A DNA stretch of 45,569 nucleotides from Thermoplasmatales archaeon SW_10_69_26 (lineage in GTDB: Archaea; Thermoplasmatota; SW-10-69-26): the NCBI GenBank assembly GCA_003009755.1, contig PXUB01000006.1, positions 1 through 45,569 of the forward strand, in the 5' to 3' direction. Below are positions 9,196-19,157 of this stretch, in pieces. The notes under the pieces are model-generated. The model was not told the origin of the DNA, did no database searches, and saw only the letters and a program-made list of their open reading frames with translations. Position numbers and translations under genes: made by a program. The number at the start of each line of letters is the position of its first letter. Within the stretch, counting starts at the first letter, position 1.

Positions 9196-10026
9196 CTAGC
9201 TCTCGTCTGCCCGCGGTTCGGTCGGGTCCTCGCGCGGGAGGAACTGGATCCTGATGTCATCCCCGACCTCGATCCCGTGGCGGTCGGCGAAGCTCTCCTC
9301 CCGCATGGCGAGCTCGGCGAACCCCGCCGATCCGATCACGAGCGTCGGCTCGTCGGGCTCGGCGTGGCGGTAGGTCCGATGCAGGGCCGCCTCCAGGCGC
9401 AGATCCTTCGTCTCGACGACGGCGGTGGCTCCCCACGCGGCCTCGTCGAGCACGGTGCCACCCTGGATGTTCGTGGTCACGTTCCCGAACCGGTCGACGT
9501 GCACGGCTTCCGTCGTCCACGTGCCATCCTCGATCCAGGGCTCGCCGAAGGACAGATCCACGAGCTCGTCCTCCCGCAGCTCGCGCCCGAGATCGGCCAG
9601 GTCCACGCCGACGTTCAGGTGGGCGCCCACGGGGGCGAACACGTCGCGCCCGTGGAAGGTCCGGGAGATGTCCTCGTTGACGTACTTGTCCTCGGTCAGC
9701 TCGACGACGCGATCGATGCCGCCGAGCTTGCGCGCCACGGGCCGGAGCACGCCGTTGTCGGGTCCCACGAACGTGTGGCCGCCGGCCTCGAGGGCGATCC
9801 CGCGACGGTCGGTCCCCACGCCCGGGTCCACGACGACGATGTGCGTGGCTCCCTCAGGGTAGTAGGGGACCGCGCTGAACAAAGCGAAGGCGCCCGAGCG
9901 CACGTCGTGGGGCGGGACCCCGTGCGTGAGATCCACGATGCGGGCCTCGGGATCGATGGCGAGGATCGAACCGCGCACGGCGCCCACGTAGCCCGAGTCC
10001 CCGAAGTCGGTCGTGAGGGTGAGCAT
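9196..10026 (-). CDS. SAM hydroxide adenosyltransferase (DUF62 family)
   Basis: LTTDFG, VVDPGVG, GPDNG, TFHGRDVF, VDRFGN. Confidence 0.92.
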   Translation of the reverse strand: MLTLTTDFGDSGYVGAVRGSILAIDPEARIVDLTHGVPPHDVRSGAFALFSAVPYYPEGATHIVVVDPGVGTDRRGIALEAGGHTFVGPDNGVLRPVARKLGGIDRVVELTEDKYVNEDISRTFHGRDVFAPVGAHLNVGVDLADLGRELREDELVDLSFGEPWIEDGTWTTEAVHVDRFGNVTTNIQGGTVLDEAAWGATAVVETKDLRLEAALHRTYRHAEPDEPTLVIGSAGFAELAMREESFADRHGIEVGDDIRIQFLPREDPTEPRADES

Positions 10027-10035
10027 GGCGACGGA

Positions 10036-12579
10036 CTAGTCTCGCTCGGGGTTAAGGGTCTTGCTCCAGCCGATTTCGGGGGCGGAGGAGGCGGCTCGAT
10101 CCCCGAGGGCGGCCGCGACCAAGGAAGCGACGACGACCGCGGCCGGCCCGACCGAGGGCGTGGGCTGCCTCGTCGGGGTCCCGGACTCGTTCACCGCCAC
10201 GACGGAGACGTTCCGGAGGTCCACGGCCGTCTGCCGGGCATCCCGGACCTCGAGCCCGAGCGTGTACGGCCCGGGGTCGAATCCGGTCGTGTTCCACGTC
10301 GCGGCCCACCTCTGCTCCCCCTCCCTCGTCGTCTCGAGTAACTCGACCGCGGACCACTCCCGGCTTCCGTTCCCCTCGCGGAGGACCAACAACCGGAGCC
10401 GGGACGGCTCGGAGTTCCCGTTCCCGGCCCTCGTCTCGACGAGGACCTCTCCGGACACGGTCTCGTTCTCCTCGGGGGAGAGGATCTCGGCGACGGGAGC
10501 CTTCGAGGGATCCGGGACGACCACGGTCTTCTCGGCCCGGCTCGTCCGGTGGCCGTTGTCCGCCTCGACGCGCACGAGGTACCGGCCGGGATCGGCACCG
10601 GTGGCGTTCCACGTCGCCGTCAACGTGTGCTCGCCGGACCGTTCCAGCGGCGGCCGCGCGACGGTTCGACGCTGGTCCCCGTCGAGGGCGAAGATGGTCA
10701 GGTTGACCGTGGACGTGCTCGGATCGGCGTTGTAGACGTCGACCTCGATCGGGACCTGTCCCGTCGCGGTCGCGTTATCCCCGGGCGGGAAGATCTGGAT
10801 CTGGGGGGCCTTCGCCTCGGCCTCGAAGCGGTGGCGGAACGTCGCGTTCGCGTCGTGGACGCTGATCGACGGGGAGACCGACGAGCCCTGGCGGTGGCCC
10901 GTCGGGAGGTGGTGGAGGGTTGCTTGAGGGGTCAGGTTCAGCCAGACGGGCATCGCGACGGACAGGGCGTCGGCCATCGTCCGCTCTGCGAAGGCGACCG
11001 TGAGGTTCGCGGGTGTTCGCGAGCGCCACGTCAGCCGCTCGGGCGACACCTCGCCTTCCCCGTCGGCGAGCCGCGGGGTCGCCGTGTAGTCGCCCTCGAA
11101 GGCGAAGCGGACGGTCCAGTTCTCGCCGAGATGGACGGATTTGGTCGTGTCGTTCCCCAGCCACGCCTGCGTCTCGATGACTCGCGTCCCTTGGACCTCT
11201 TCGTCGGGGCAACACGGCGGCGAGAGTTCGTAGCGCAGGGTGGTGGTCTGAACGGCGCGGTCGATGCGGACGGGGACCGTGACCGGTTCGCCGGTGGGGA
11301 TCTCGTACCGGTCGATGCGCCAGGCGGCACGGACCGAGGTCTCCATCGTCAGGTTCACGTCCGGGCCGTCGGGGAAGAGGTCGCCGCTCTCCGGCGCTCT
11401 TACGTCCTGGACTGGGTGCAGCTTGCGGATGTCGTAGCCGGGGTCGGCGATGTGGCGGGAGTCGTAGCGGACGTCGAGGGTCTCCCCCGTCGCCGCGTTT
11501 TGGAGGCTCGAGGCTGGGAAGAAGCCGCCGCGGCCCTGAGTGGCCTGGTCGATCTCATGCGAGCGACCGCCCTCCCCGTCCTCGATCTTCCAGGCGTAGG
11601 CGGCCGTGGGCAACACCGTGTCGGGGGAAGGGTGGACGAGGACGAGCTGGGGGCCCGTAAGCTCTTGGAAGGTAACGTTCCGCGCATCGAGCGATCGCGC
11701 GGCCTGGACCCTCAGATCGTCGGGAGCCGTGAGGTCCAGGTCCTTGGCGTCGATCCAGGGCCCACTGCGGACTCCGAGGATCTCGTCGTCGGGCGAGACG
11801 ATGACCTCGGCGTGGTTCAGCCAGCTGAACCGCTCCGCGACCTCGACGCCCTCGGGGAGCCTGTCGGGGGTCTGCCCGGCGACGAAGGCGGTGCATTCGC
11901 AACGTAGGAAGGTCCGTCGTCCGTGGAGGCAACCGTAGGCGGTGCAGGTCTCGTCGCGGGTGTAGAGGTGGACGGATCCCGAGGAGGTGCGGGTCCAATC
12001 GTCTGGGGAGGTGGCTGGGATCCCCAGCCGGCCGGCGAGGTCCGCGACGCGCTGGGAGGCGTTGGTTCCCTCGAGCGGGGGGCTTCCCGGCGGGAAGACG
12101 AGGTCGACGACCGGTTCGCCTCGGTCGATGTCGTCCCTCACGGTGACGCCGGTGTGGGCCGGCAGCGCTTCGGCAGGACGTTCGGGGTCGGGCGTGTGGA
12201 GGACAGCTCCCGGGCTCAGGTGTTCGGGCTCGAGGTACGTGTTGTGGGGGATCCCCCGCATGGGGATGGTGGATTGCCGCCAGGTGCGGTTGGCTGGGTC
12301 GGGCGCTGTGACGTCGAACCGGAGCGTGGTCTCGTCGGTGATCGTCCCGACGAGGTGGGAGCGGTTGGACAGGCCCAGCACCCAGTCCATCTCAAGCCCC
12401 GTGGCGGCCTCCAGGTGGTCGACGAGGCCGTCGGCGTCGCGGGCCTCCGGCGGTGGGAACACCAGGGCCTCGTCCATGCCGCTGGGCGAGTCGGCGGCCG
12501 ACACCGCCGGCACGAGGGCGAGGAGGCCGAGGAGGGCGACGAGCCAGCAAGCCGTCCGGGAGGGCCTCGTCCTGAACAC
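10036..12579 (-). CDS. Large secreted protein with C-terminal Ig-like repeats
   Basis: Signal peptide; two repeats of P.....G.V.IEV...ATWN.TG.DPG.Y; TPSVG + hydrophobic tail. Confidence 0.75.
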   Translation of the reverse strand: MFRTRPSRTACWLVALLGLLALVPAVSAADSPSGMDEALVFPPPEARDADGLVDHLEAATGLEMDWVLGLSNRSHLVGTITDETTLRFDVTAPDPANRTWRQSTIPMRGIPHNTYLEPEHLSPGAVLHTPDPERPAEALPAHTGVTVRDDIDRGEPVVDLVFPPGSPPLEGTNASQRVADLAGRLGIPATSPDDWTRTSSGSVHLYTRDETCTAYGCLHGRRTFLRCECTAFVAGQTPDRLPEGVEVAERFSWLNHAEVIVSPDDEILGVRSGPWIDAKDLDLTAPDDLRVQAARSLDARNVTFQELTGPQLVLVHPSPDTVLPTAAYAWKIEDGEGGRSHEIDQATQGRGGFFPASSLQNAATGETLDVRYDSRHIADPGYDIRKLHPVQDVRAPESGDLFPDGPDVNLTMETSVRAAWRIDRYEIPTGEPVTVPVRIDRAVQTTTLRYELSPPCCPDEEVQGTRVIETQAWLGNDTTKSVHLGENWTVRFAFEGDYTATPRLADGEGEVSPERLTWRSRTPANLTVAFAERTMADALSVAMPVWLNLTPQATLHHLPTGHRQGSSVSPSISVHDANATFRHRFEAEAKAPQIQIFPPGDNATATGQVPIEVDVYNADPSTSTVNLTIFALDGDQRRTVARPPLERSGEHTLTATWNATGADPGRYLVRVEADNGHRTSRAEKTVVVPDPSKAPVAEILSPEENETVSGEVLVETRAGNGNSEPSRLRLLVLREGNGSREWSAVELLETTREGEQRWAATWNTTGFDPGPYTLGLEVRDARQTAVDLRNVSVVAVNESGTPTRQPTPSVGPAAVVVASLVAAALGDRAASSAPEIGWSKTLNPERD

Positions 12580-12661
12580 TGTCTCGTCCTTCCCAATGGA
12601 CGAGAGGGTCCTCAGTGCTTGGATTCTGTTGGGCGAGGACCGCCTTCAGGGGGAGGGGCGG

Positions 12662-13771
12662 TTACGGGTCTTCACCGACCACGTCGTGCTCCAGCTCCAC
12701 CGCGTCCTCGTGCTCGTGCGGGGCCGGCTTGGTGCCTTTGAACTCGTCGAAGATGTAGTCCTCCCACGAGCGCTTGCCGACGACGATCTCGAGCTCTTGG
12801 GGGGTGATCATCGGGGCGTCGTAGCGGGCGTAGTCGTCGGTGGTGATGCGCGGGCAGGCGGTGTTGACGAACGCGCCCATGTGGCGGAAGCTCTTCAACG
12901 CCTCCGGCGAGAAGTAGTCCATCGCGATCAGGTGGGCCTCGAACCCCTTGCGCTCGCACAGCGTGACGAGGCCCTTGGCGTACTTGACGCGTTGTTGGCC
13001 CACGCGGGTGCCGACGAGGATGCCGATCTCGTCGGCCTCCTTCGCGTTCGCGATCGCGGCGTGGCGCTGTTTCATCAGCTCCTCGATGCGGTCGTTGACC
13101 TGGCGGACCTCGCTCGTCATCGGGTCGGCCACGTACAGCGGCAGCTCCTTGAGGCCCCAGGCGGCCGCGATCGGGTGGAAATCGCCCGAGCCGATGTAGA
13201 GGAACGCGTCGGACTGCTCGGCGATCGTGCGGGCCGCGGTGAAGTTGCATCCCAGCAGCTGGCCCGGGTTGATGACGCGGTTGTCGCCGTACCCGACGAG
13301 CGGGTCCACGCCCTCGTCCTCGAGCGCCTCGCAGACGTCGTCGAGGCGTTGGGCGTGCTGGGCGGTGGTGAGCAGGCCGACCGTCTTGCCTTCGAGGTGC
13401 TGGGCGGCCTTGCGGACGACGGGTTCGACGGGTGCCTTGCTGTAGGTGGGAACGAAGATCACGTCGAAGGCGTCGATGCCGTCGATCGAGGGCATCGGGC
13501 TGTGCCCGAAGTGCACGAGCAGGTCGACGCCGATGTGCTCGAGCTGGAGGGCGAGGTCGCAGGCGCCGAAGCTCGGGTCGCCGCTGATGACGCAATCGAT
13601 GCCGGTCTGCTCCTCGATGGCGTCGGCGATGGCGGGTCCGTAGTCGCGGATGCCGTCGGGGAACTGCAGGCCGACGAGCTCGGGGTCGCGGTCCTCGATC
13701 TTCGCGGCGAGGCCGTCGAGCTCGATGTCGTGGTTCTTGCGCAGTTCGTCAAGCCCGTAGGATGCGACCAT
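12662..13771 (-). CDS. dph2: Diphthamide biosynthesis enzyme Dph2
   Basis: GLQFPDG and three Fe-S cysteines (FGACD, LGCN, TACPR). Confidence 0.94.
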   Translation of the reverse strand: MVASYGLDELRKNHDIELDGLAAKIEDRDPELVGLQFPDGIRDYGPAIADAIEEQTGIDCVISGDPSFGACDLALQLEHIGVDLLVHFGHSPMPSIDGIDAFDVIFVPTYSKAPVEPVVRKAAQHLEGKTVGLLTTAQHAQRLDDVCEALEDEGVDPLVGYGDNRVINPGQLLGCNFTAARTIAEQSDAFLYIGSGDFHPIAAAWGLKELPLYVADPMTSEVRQVNDRIEELMKQRHAAIANAKEADEIGILVGTRVGQQRVKYAKGLVTLCERKGFEAHLIAMDYFSPEALKSFRHMGAFVNTACPRITTDDYARYDAPMITPQELEIVVGKRSWEDYIFDEFKGTKPAPHEHEDAVELEHDVVGEDP

Positions 13772-14909
13772 CGTCCACCTCCAGGCGGTTCGGCAGCTCG
13801 CGCGCGAACTCGGTGAGGCGCTCGGCCGTGACGTGGGGCATGCACACGATGCGGATGCCGGGCACGAGCGTCGTCAAGGACACCTTCCAGCCCCTCTCGG
13901 CGAGCTGGGCGCGCACCTGTTCGTTGTGTTCGACCTCGATCGCCAGGATGCCCAGCGAAGGGTCGCGGGCGAGCGAGGCGCCCTTGTTCTCGAGGACACC
14001 GGCGAACCACTCGGCCACCTCGACGGCGGCGCGAGCCTGCGTCTGGTAGCCGTCCTGACCCAGCGCGTGCATGCTGGCCCAGGCTCCGGCCGCAGCCGCG
14101 CCGGGCCGGGTCGACAGCAGGCCGGCTTGCTCGTCCGTGGACACGTAGGGCGTCTCTGTGGCGCCGGGGGACAGCTTGTCCTCGTGGTCGACGAGCAGGC
14201 CCCCCGCCGGGACCGGGGCTCGGCCCATCTTGTGGGGATCGATCGTGACGCTGTCGACGCCGTCCACGTCGAGTCCGAAGGGGTCGCCGTCGGGCAGGAA
14301 CGGGAGCACGAAGCCGCCGTAGGCGGCGTCGACGTGCGTCCAAGCGCCGACCTCGTCCCCGATCTCGGCGATCGCGGGGATGTCGTCGACGGCGCCGAAC
14401 TCGGTGTTGCCGGCGACGCCGACCACGCAGGCCGTGTCCTCGGTGACGGCCTCGTTCATCGCCTCGACGTCGGCGGCGAACCCATCCGTCACGGGCGTCC
14501 TCGTGACGGTGAGACCGAGCGCGTGGGCGGCCTTCTCGAAGGAGAAGTGGGCCGTCTCGGGCATCACGACCTCGTCGCGGCCGGTACGGTCGCGTGCCAG
14601 GCGCAGCGCGGTGACGTTGGCTTCGGTGCCTCCGGACACGAACAGGCCATCGGCCTCGGGACCGCCACCGGCGATCGAGCACAGGACGTCGACGACCTCG
14701 TCCTCGAGCTCGGCGGCGCCGGGGTTGATCAACGGGTCGCCGAGGTTGGCGTCGGCGAACACCTGCCAGGCTTGCAGCCCGGCCGGGTGGGGGGCCGTGC
14801 ACATCGAGCCGAGCACGTGGCCCGAGAGGAACGGCGTGTCCTTCTGGCGGGCCTCCCCGATGCGACGACCGAGCTCTTCCTCGGGCAGACCCTCGTCCGG
14901 GAGGTCCAT
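13749..14909 (-). CDS. mfnA: PLP-dependent tyrosine/aspartate decarboxylase
   Basis: LGSMCT.PHP, NLGDP, SGGTEAN, HVDAAYGG, IDPHKMG; overlaps the dph2 start by 23 nt. Confidence 0.92.
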   Translation of the reverse strand: MDLPDEGLPEEELGRRIGEARQKDTPFLSGHVLGSMCTAPHPAGLQAWQVFADANLGDPLINPGAAELEDEVVDVLCSIAGGGPEADGLFVSGGTEANVTALRLARDRTGRDEVVMPETAHFSFEKAAHALGLTVTRTPVTDGFAADVEAMNEAVTEDTACVVGVAGNTEFGAVDDIPAIAEIGDEVGAWTHVDAAYGGFVLPFLPDGDPFGLDVDGVDSVTIDPHKMGRAPVPAGGLLVDHEDKLSPGATETPYVSTDEQAGLLSTRPGAAAAGAWASMHALGQDGYQTQARAAVEVAEWFAGVLENKGASLARDPSLGILAIEVEHNEQVRAQLAERGWKVSLTTLVPGIRIVCMPHVTAERLTEFARELPNRLEVDDGRILRA

Positions 14910-14973
14910 CGCCGACAGCACTGGCCCCGGGTAGTTAAACGATTCCCACCTGCCCGTCGGGGCCAACGGGGGC

Positions 14974-15894
14974 TCAGGCGGCCTCCTCGGCGGGTCGGAG
15001 GGATTCGATCGCGGGCAACAGCAGCCCCCAGAAGACGAGCACGAGCACCAGGAACAGGACCCAGCCGGCGTGCGCGTGCACCGTCTGGAGGGCGGAGCCT
15101 CCCCAGCGGTAGCCGACCAGGGCCAAGGCGACGAGGCGGACGAGGTTCATCAGGTACACGCCCAGCAGGCCCAACGTCAACAGCACGACCGCTCGTCCCG
15201 GGGGTGTGGGTTCTCGCCAGGTGTGCAGGCCGAGCACGCCGAGGAAGAGGATGCCGGGCTGCAGGCCCGCGCACACCAGGCCGACCGTGAGGAACAACGA
15301 GCCCCGCGGCGTGCCGAGCTCGACGGTCTGGCCACGGTAGACGACGTCGAACCCGAGCACGTCCAAGGAAGCCGTCATCGGGGGCACGAGCACGTGGCGG
15401 ATGAACGCGTCCAGCGGCGAGCTGCCGACGCCGGCGTCGAGGGCGGCATCGAAGGCGTACACGCCCAGCGGGGCCGCGACGAGCGGCAGGCTCCAGGCCA
15501 CGACCTCGTGGACCGGGACCCCGCGGACCTCGCGCTCGAGGTGGCCGGCGGCGAGCACGAGCATGGCCCCGTAGGCGACGATCGCCAGCTCGGGCAGGCT
15601 GAGCCCGGACCCGGCCCACGCGTTGTACCCGGTGACGCCGGCCAGACACACGAGGCCGAGCCCGACCGTGGCCCACCGCCGGGCGGGGGAGGGGCCCTGG
15701 GCCGCGGTCGACGGTTCCTGCCTCGGTGACGCCCCGGTGGCGGTGAGGCCGACGAGGGCCCCGCCGGCGAGGAGGAGGCCGATCGCCACGAGCTTGGACT
15801 CGTGGGCGAGCACGTCGAGGAGCACGAGCGCGCCGTACCCGGCCAACAGGACGCCGGCCGTGAACGCCAGGCCCCGTCTGCGAGCGCGCTTCAC
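14974..15894 (-). CDS. Archaeosortase/exosortase family transpeptidase
   Basis: Multi-TM protein with Cys (VCAGL), Arg (NLVRL) and His (VHAHAG) triad; next to a CTERM-bearing substrate. Confidence 0.88.
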   Translation of the reverse strand: MKRARRRGLAFTAGVLLAGYGALVLLDVLAHESKLVAIGLLLAGGALVGLTATGASPRQEPSTAAQGPSPARRWATVGLGLVCLAGVTGYNAWAGSGLSLPELAIVAYGAMLVLAAGHLEREVRGVPVHEVVAWSLPLVAAPLGVYAFDAALDAGVGSSPLDAFIRHVLVPPMTASLDVLGFDVVYRGQTVELGTPRGSLFLTVGLVCAGLQPGILFLGVLGLHTWREPTPPGRAVVLLTLGLLGVYLMNLVRLVALALVGYRWGGSALQTVHAHAGWVLFLVLVLVFWGLLLPAIESLRPAEEAA

Positions 15895-15925
15895 GGGGGC
15901 CCCCCTCCGGTGGACGGGCTCATGG

Positions 15926-17029
15926 TCACCCTCGCCGGCGGGCCAGCGCCAGGCAGGCCACCGAGCCCACGATGGCGAACCCGACGGTGGCCGTGGTGGG
16001 GAACGTGGGGATGGCGGTGGCCTCGAGGATCGGGCAGTCCTCGGATTCGCCGTCCTCGTCGGCGCCGACGACGCGGTAGCGGTACGTCTGGTCCTCCTCG
16101 GTGTTCTCGTCGACGTAGCCGGGCTCCTGGACGCTTTGGATCTTGCCGAGGGAGCCGTTGCCGGTGGCGCGGTAGATCTTGTAGGCGTCGGCCTGGGCGG
16201 AGCCGCTCCAGGCGAGCTCGATGGCGCCGCCCTCCTGGGGCTGGGCTTGCACGTCGCTCGGGCACGGCGGCGGGCGCGTGTCGCGGGCGGTGATCTGGAC
16301 GTGGTCGCAGGGTCGACCGGGGTCGCCGTCCTCGTCGAGCACGGTCACGATGTAGGTGTAGGTGGTGCCCTTGTCGACGTTGGCGTCGCGGTGGTCGGTC
16401 TCGTCTTGGTCGAGCTGGGCGATCGTGGTGAAGTTGCGTTCGCCCTGGACCGACCGGTTGACGAGGTAGCCGTCGGCGTCGTCTTGGAAGCCCCAGTGCA
16501 CGACGATGGCGAGCCCGTCGTGGTAGGCGTCCACCTCGGGTGGACCATCGCACGGCTCGGAGCTCTCGCCCGGCAGCGGCTCCTCGTCGGCCGGCGTTTC
16601 CTCGCAGGCCGTGTGGTTCACCGCGTAGGCCTGTGTGGAGTGGTTGCCGGAGAGGTTGGCCTGCAGCCAGGCCTGGCCGGCGTCGTGATCGTGGTGGGAG
16701 AGGGGACCGAGGTGGAAGCGGTCGGTCCCGTTGGCGCTCCAGTTCGCGACCGTGTGCGTGTGGTTGCCGTCGCCGTCGTGCGTGATCGCGAGGGTGCCGT
16801 TCGTGGCTTCGAAACCCTCCGCTCGGACCCAGAACTCGCACGACAGCGAGCGCGTGGCGTCGCCGTCCTGCTCGTCGTGGAACGTCAGCTCGCCGTGCTC
16901 GTCGCTGGCGTGCGCGGCGACGCCGGCGGCCAAGAGGACGAGCCCGGCGACCAACGCCAGCCAGGGCAACCGTCCGTTGGTCTCCCCCCGTCGACGGAAG
17001 CGATCGGGCCGATCCATCCAGGGCACCAT
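15926..17029 (-). CDS. Secreted fibronectin type III protein with PEF-CTERM-like tail
   Basis: Signal peptide, two FN3-like repeats (W...Y.V/I.R...Y.Y.V), ends IPTFPT + TM + RRRG. Confidence 0.85.
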   Translation of the reverse strand: MVPWMDRPDRFRRRGETNGRLPWLALVAGLVLLAAGVAAHASDEHGELTFHDEQDGDATRSLSCEFWVRAEGFEATNGTLAITHDGDGNHTHTVANWSANGTDRFHLGPLSHHDHDAGQAWLQANLSGNHSTQAYAVNHTACEETPADEEPLPGESSEPCDGPPEVDAYHDGLAIVVHWGFQDDADGYLVNRSVQGERNFTTIAQLDQDETDHRDANVDKGTTYTYIVTVLDEDGDPGRPCDHVQITARDTRPPPCPSDVQAQPQEGGAIELAWSGSAQADAYKIYRATGNGSLGKIQSVQEPGYVDENTEEDQTYRYRVVGADEDGESEDCPILEATAIPTFPTTATVGFAIVGSVACLALARRRG

Positions 17030-17230
17030 TCGGACCTCGTTTCGGGCGGTGACGGTAAGTCGGTTGAGGGACATCCTCGGGCCCGTCGCTCACCGGTCCC
17101 GCTGAGCCCCGAACACGTGCACCAGGCCGGCGCCAGCGATGGCGGGATGGCCAGCGCCACCTGCCGGGTCGACGCATCGACGACCGCACGCGAACCCTCT
17201 TCCTGCAGAGCGGTCCCCTTTAGGGGAGGC

Positions 17231-19081
17231 ATGGCATCCCAACTTGCGATGACGGATCAGCGGGTGGGCTCGATCGTCGGCGACGTCACTACGAGCGCGT
17301 TCCGGTTCGGGGTGGAGGACACCGACCTCAACGCGACCCAGTACATCTCCTTCGACCACGAGGAGGACACCTACCTTGCGCAGGTCATCCAGATCGAGCG
17401 CGAGGTCGACGGCTCCGATGAGGGGGCCGACGGCGACCTGCTCGCCGAGGCCCAGATCGTGGGGCGTCGCGATGACAAGGACCGGCTCACGATGCCCTCG
17501 ACCCCGCCCAAGCCCGGCACGCCGGTCCGGGATGCCGAGACCGAGCTCGTGCGCTCGGCGTTGAACATGGAGGACGAGGGCGCCTTCCTCGGCCAGCTGC
17601 GCGGCCTCGAGCTGCCCGTGCACCTTGACGTGAACGGGCTCGTGCAGAAGCACTGCTCGATCCTGGCGAAAACAGGCGCCGGCAAATCCTACGCGCTGGG
17701 CGTCCTGATGGAGGAGATGCTCAAACACGATGTCCCGGTCGTCGTCGTGGATCCCCACGGCGAGCACGCCTCGCTGCAGGCGCCCAACAGCAGCGACCAC
17801 GACATCCCGCTGATGCGGCGCTTCGAGGTGAAGCCGACGAGCTTCGAGGACAGCGTGGTCGAGTTCGCGCCCGACCAGGACGCCGTGCCCGATGCCGAGC
17901 CCTTCCGCCTGGACGAGCGCAACCTGTCGGCCCGCGACATCAAGGAGCTGCTCGAGGACGGCCTCACGAGCGCCCAGACCGGGACCCTTCACCAGGCGAT
18001 CCGCGAGATCGACGACGACACGTACGGGCTCGAGGATGTCATCGCGAGCGTCGAGAACCAGTCCGGCGCCAGCAAGTGGCCGGTGCTGCACGCGCTCGAG
18101 GACCTGCAGGATCTGGGCATCCTGTCCTCGGAGCCGACACCGATCGAGGAGCTCGTCGACGAGGGCCAAGCCTCGATCTTGAACCTCAAGGGCCTGGCAC
18201 CGGGCGTCCAGCAGCTGGTCGTCGGCTCGATCGCTCAACGGTTGTTCGAGGCGCGCAAGACCGGGCTCGTGCCTCCCCACCTGTTCGTGCTCGAGGAGGC
18301 GCACAACTTCTGCCCCGAACGCCACCTCTCGCAGGCGGCCAGCGGGGAGATCATCCAGACGATCGCCAGCGAGGGACGCAAGTTCGGCATGGGGCTGTCC
18401 GTCGTCAGTCAACGCCCGGCCAAGGTCGACAAGAACGTCCTCTCGCAGTGCAATACGCAGATCATCCTCAAGGTCACCAACGCCAACGACCTGAAGACGA
18501 TCTCCAAAAGCGTCGAGAACCTGCCCGAGGGCATCGAGGAGGAGATCCGAGCTCTCCAGGTCGGGACGGCGCTCGTCAGCGAGCCCAGCTTCGCGATGCC
18601 GTTGTTCTGCGAGATCCGGCCCCGCCAGACCCGGCACGGCGGCTCCAGCATCCAGGTCGTCCGCGAGGACGTCCCCGAGGGCGCCGAGCCGGCGCTGGAG
18701 ACCGAGGCGACCGAGGACGAGGAGGTGGCCTTGGCCGAGACCGCCGAGCCCGAGTCGGCGCCCGAGCCCGAGGACCCGGTCGACGGGACCCAAAATCCGG
18801 CCATGGAGGCCGAACCCGAGGACCCCGAGCCCGAGCCGGCCGAGGAGCCCCCGACGGTGCTGATCGAGGTGGCTCGGGCGGAGGAGGAGCTGGCCGAGGC
18901 CGAGCTCGCGGACCTCTCGCCCGGCTTGCTTGAACGGTTGCTGGTCCAGATCGAGACCCTGATGCGCGTGCTCGACGAGCGGGCCACCGACGCCGAGGCC
19001 GACCAAGCGCGCATCGCCGGGCTCCGCTCGGGCCTGAAAGCCCAGCACCGTCGCGTCCGCGAGCGCCTCGAGCAAGCCTGA
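17231..19081 (+). CDS. HerA/FtsK-like ATPase (HAS barrel + DUF87)
   Basis: Walker A AKTGAGKS, DPHGEH, Walker B LEEAHNF, EGRKFG, SQRP; GGAGG before ATG 17231. Confidence 0.92.
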   Translation: MASQLAMTDQRVGSIVGDVTTSAFRFGVEDTDLNATQYISFDHEEDTYLAQVIQIEREVDGSDEGADGDLLAEAQIVGRRDDKDRLTMPSTPPKPGTPVRDAETELVRSALNMEDEGAFLGQLRGLELPVHLDVNGLVQKHCSILAKTGAGKSYALGVLMEEMLKHDVPVVVVDPHGEHASLQAPNSSDHDIPLMRRFEVKPTSFEDSVVEFAPDQDAVPDAEPFRLDERNLSARDIKELLEDGLTSAQTGTLHQAIREIDDDTYGLEDVIASVENQSGASKWPVLHALEDLQDLGILSSEPTPIEELVDEGQASILNLKGLAPGVQQLVVGSIAQRLFEARKTGLVPPHLFVLEEAHNFCPERHLSQAASGEIIQTIASEGRKFGMGLSVVSQRPAKVDKNVLSQCNTQIILKVTNANDLKTISKSVENLPEGIEEEIRALQVGTALVSEPSFAMPLFCEIRPRQTRHGGSSIQVVREDVPEGAEPALETEATEDEEVALAETAEPESAPEPEDPVDGTQNPAMEAEPEDPEPEPAEEPPTVLIEVARAEEELAEAELADLSPGLLERLLVQIETLMRVLDERATDAEADQARIAGLRSGLKAQHRRVRERLEQA

Positions 19082-19157
19082 GCCCGCCCCACGAGCGCCC
19101 ACCCGGCCGAGGGGAGGGACCGTCGAACATTTCAACCGGACGCGGATAGCGGAGGCC

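Noticed and set aside
9196-10026. Fluorinase or chlorinase
   Set aside because: It retains the Asp/Arg/His motifs (VVDPG, RR, TFHGRD) of the common hydroxide-transferring DUF62 enzymes.
15623-17230. N-terminal extensions of the HerA, PccB, HMGS, GlmS and Cox2 ORFs as fusions
   Set aside because: The extensions overlap other real genes; internal starts match the family N-termini.
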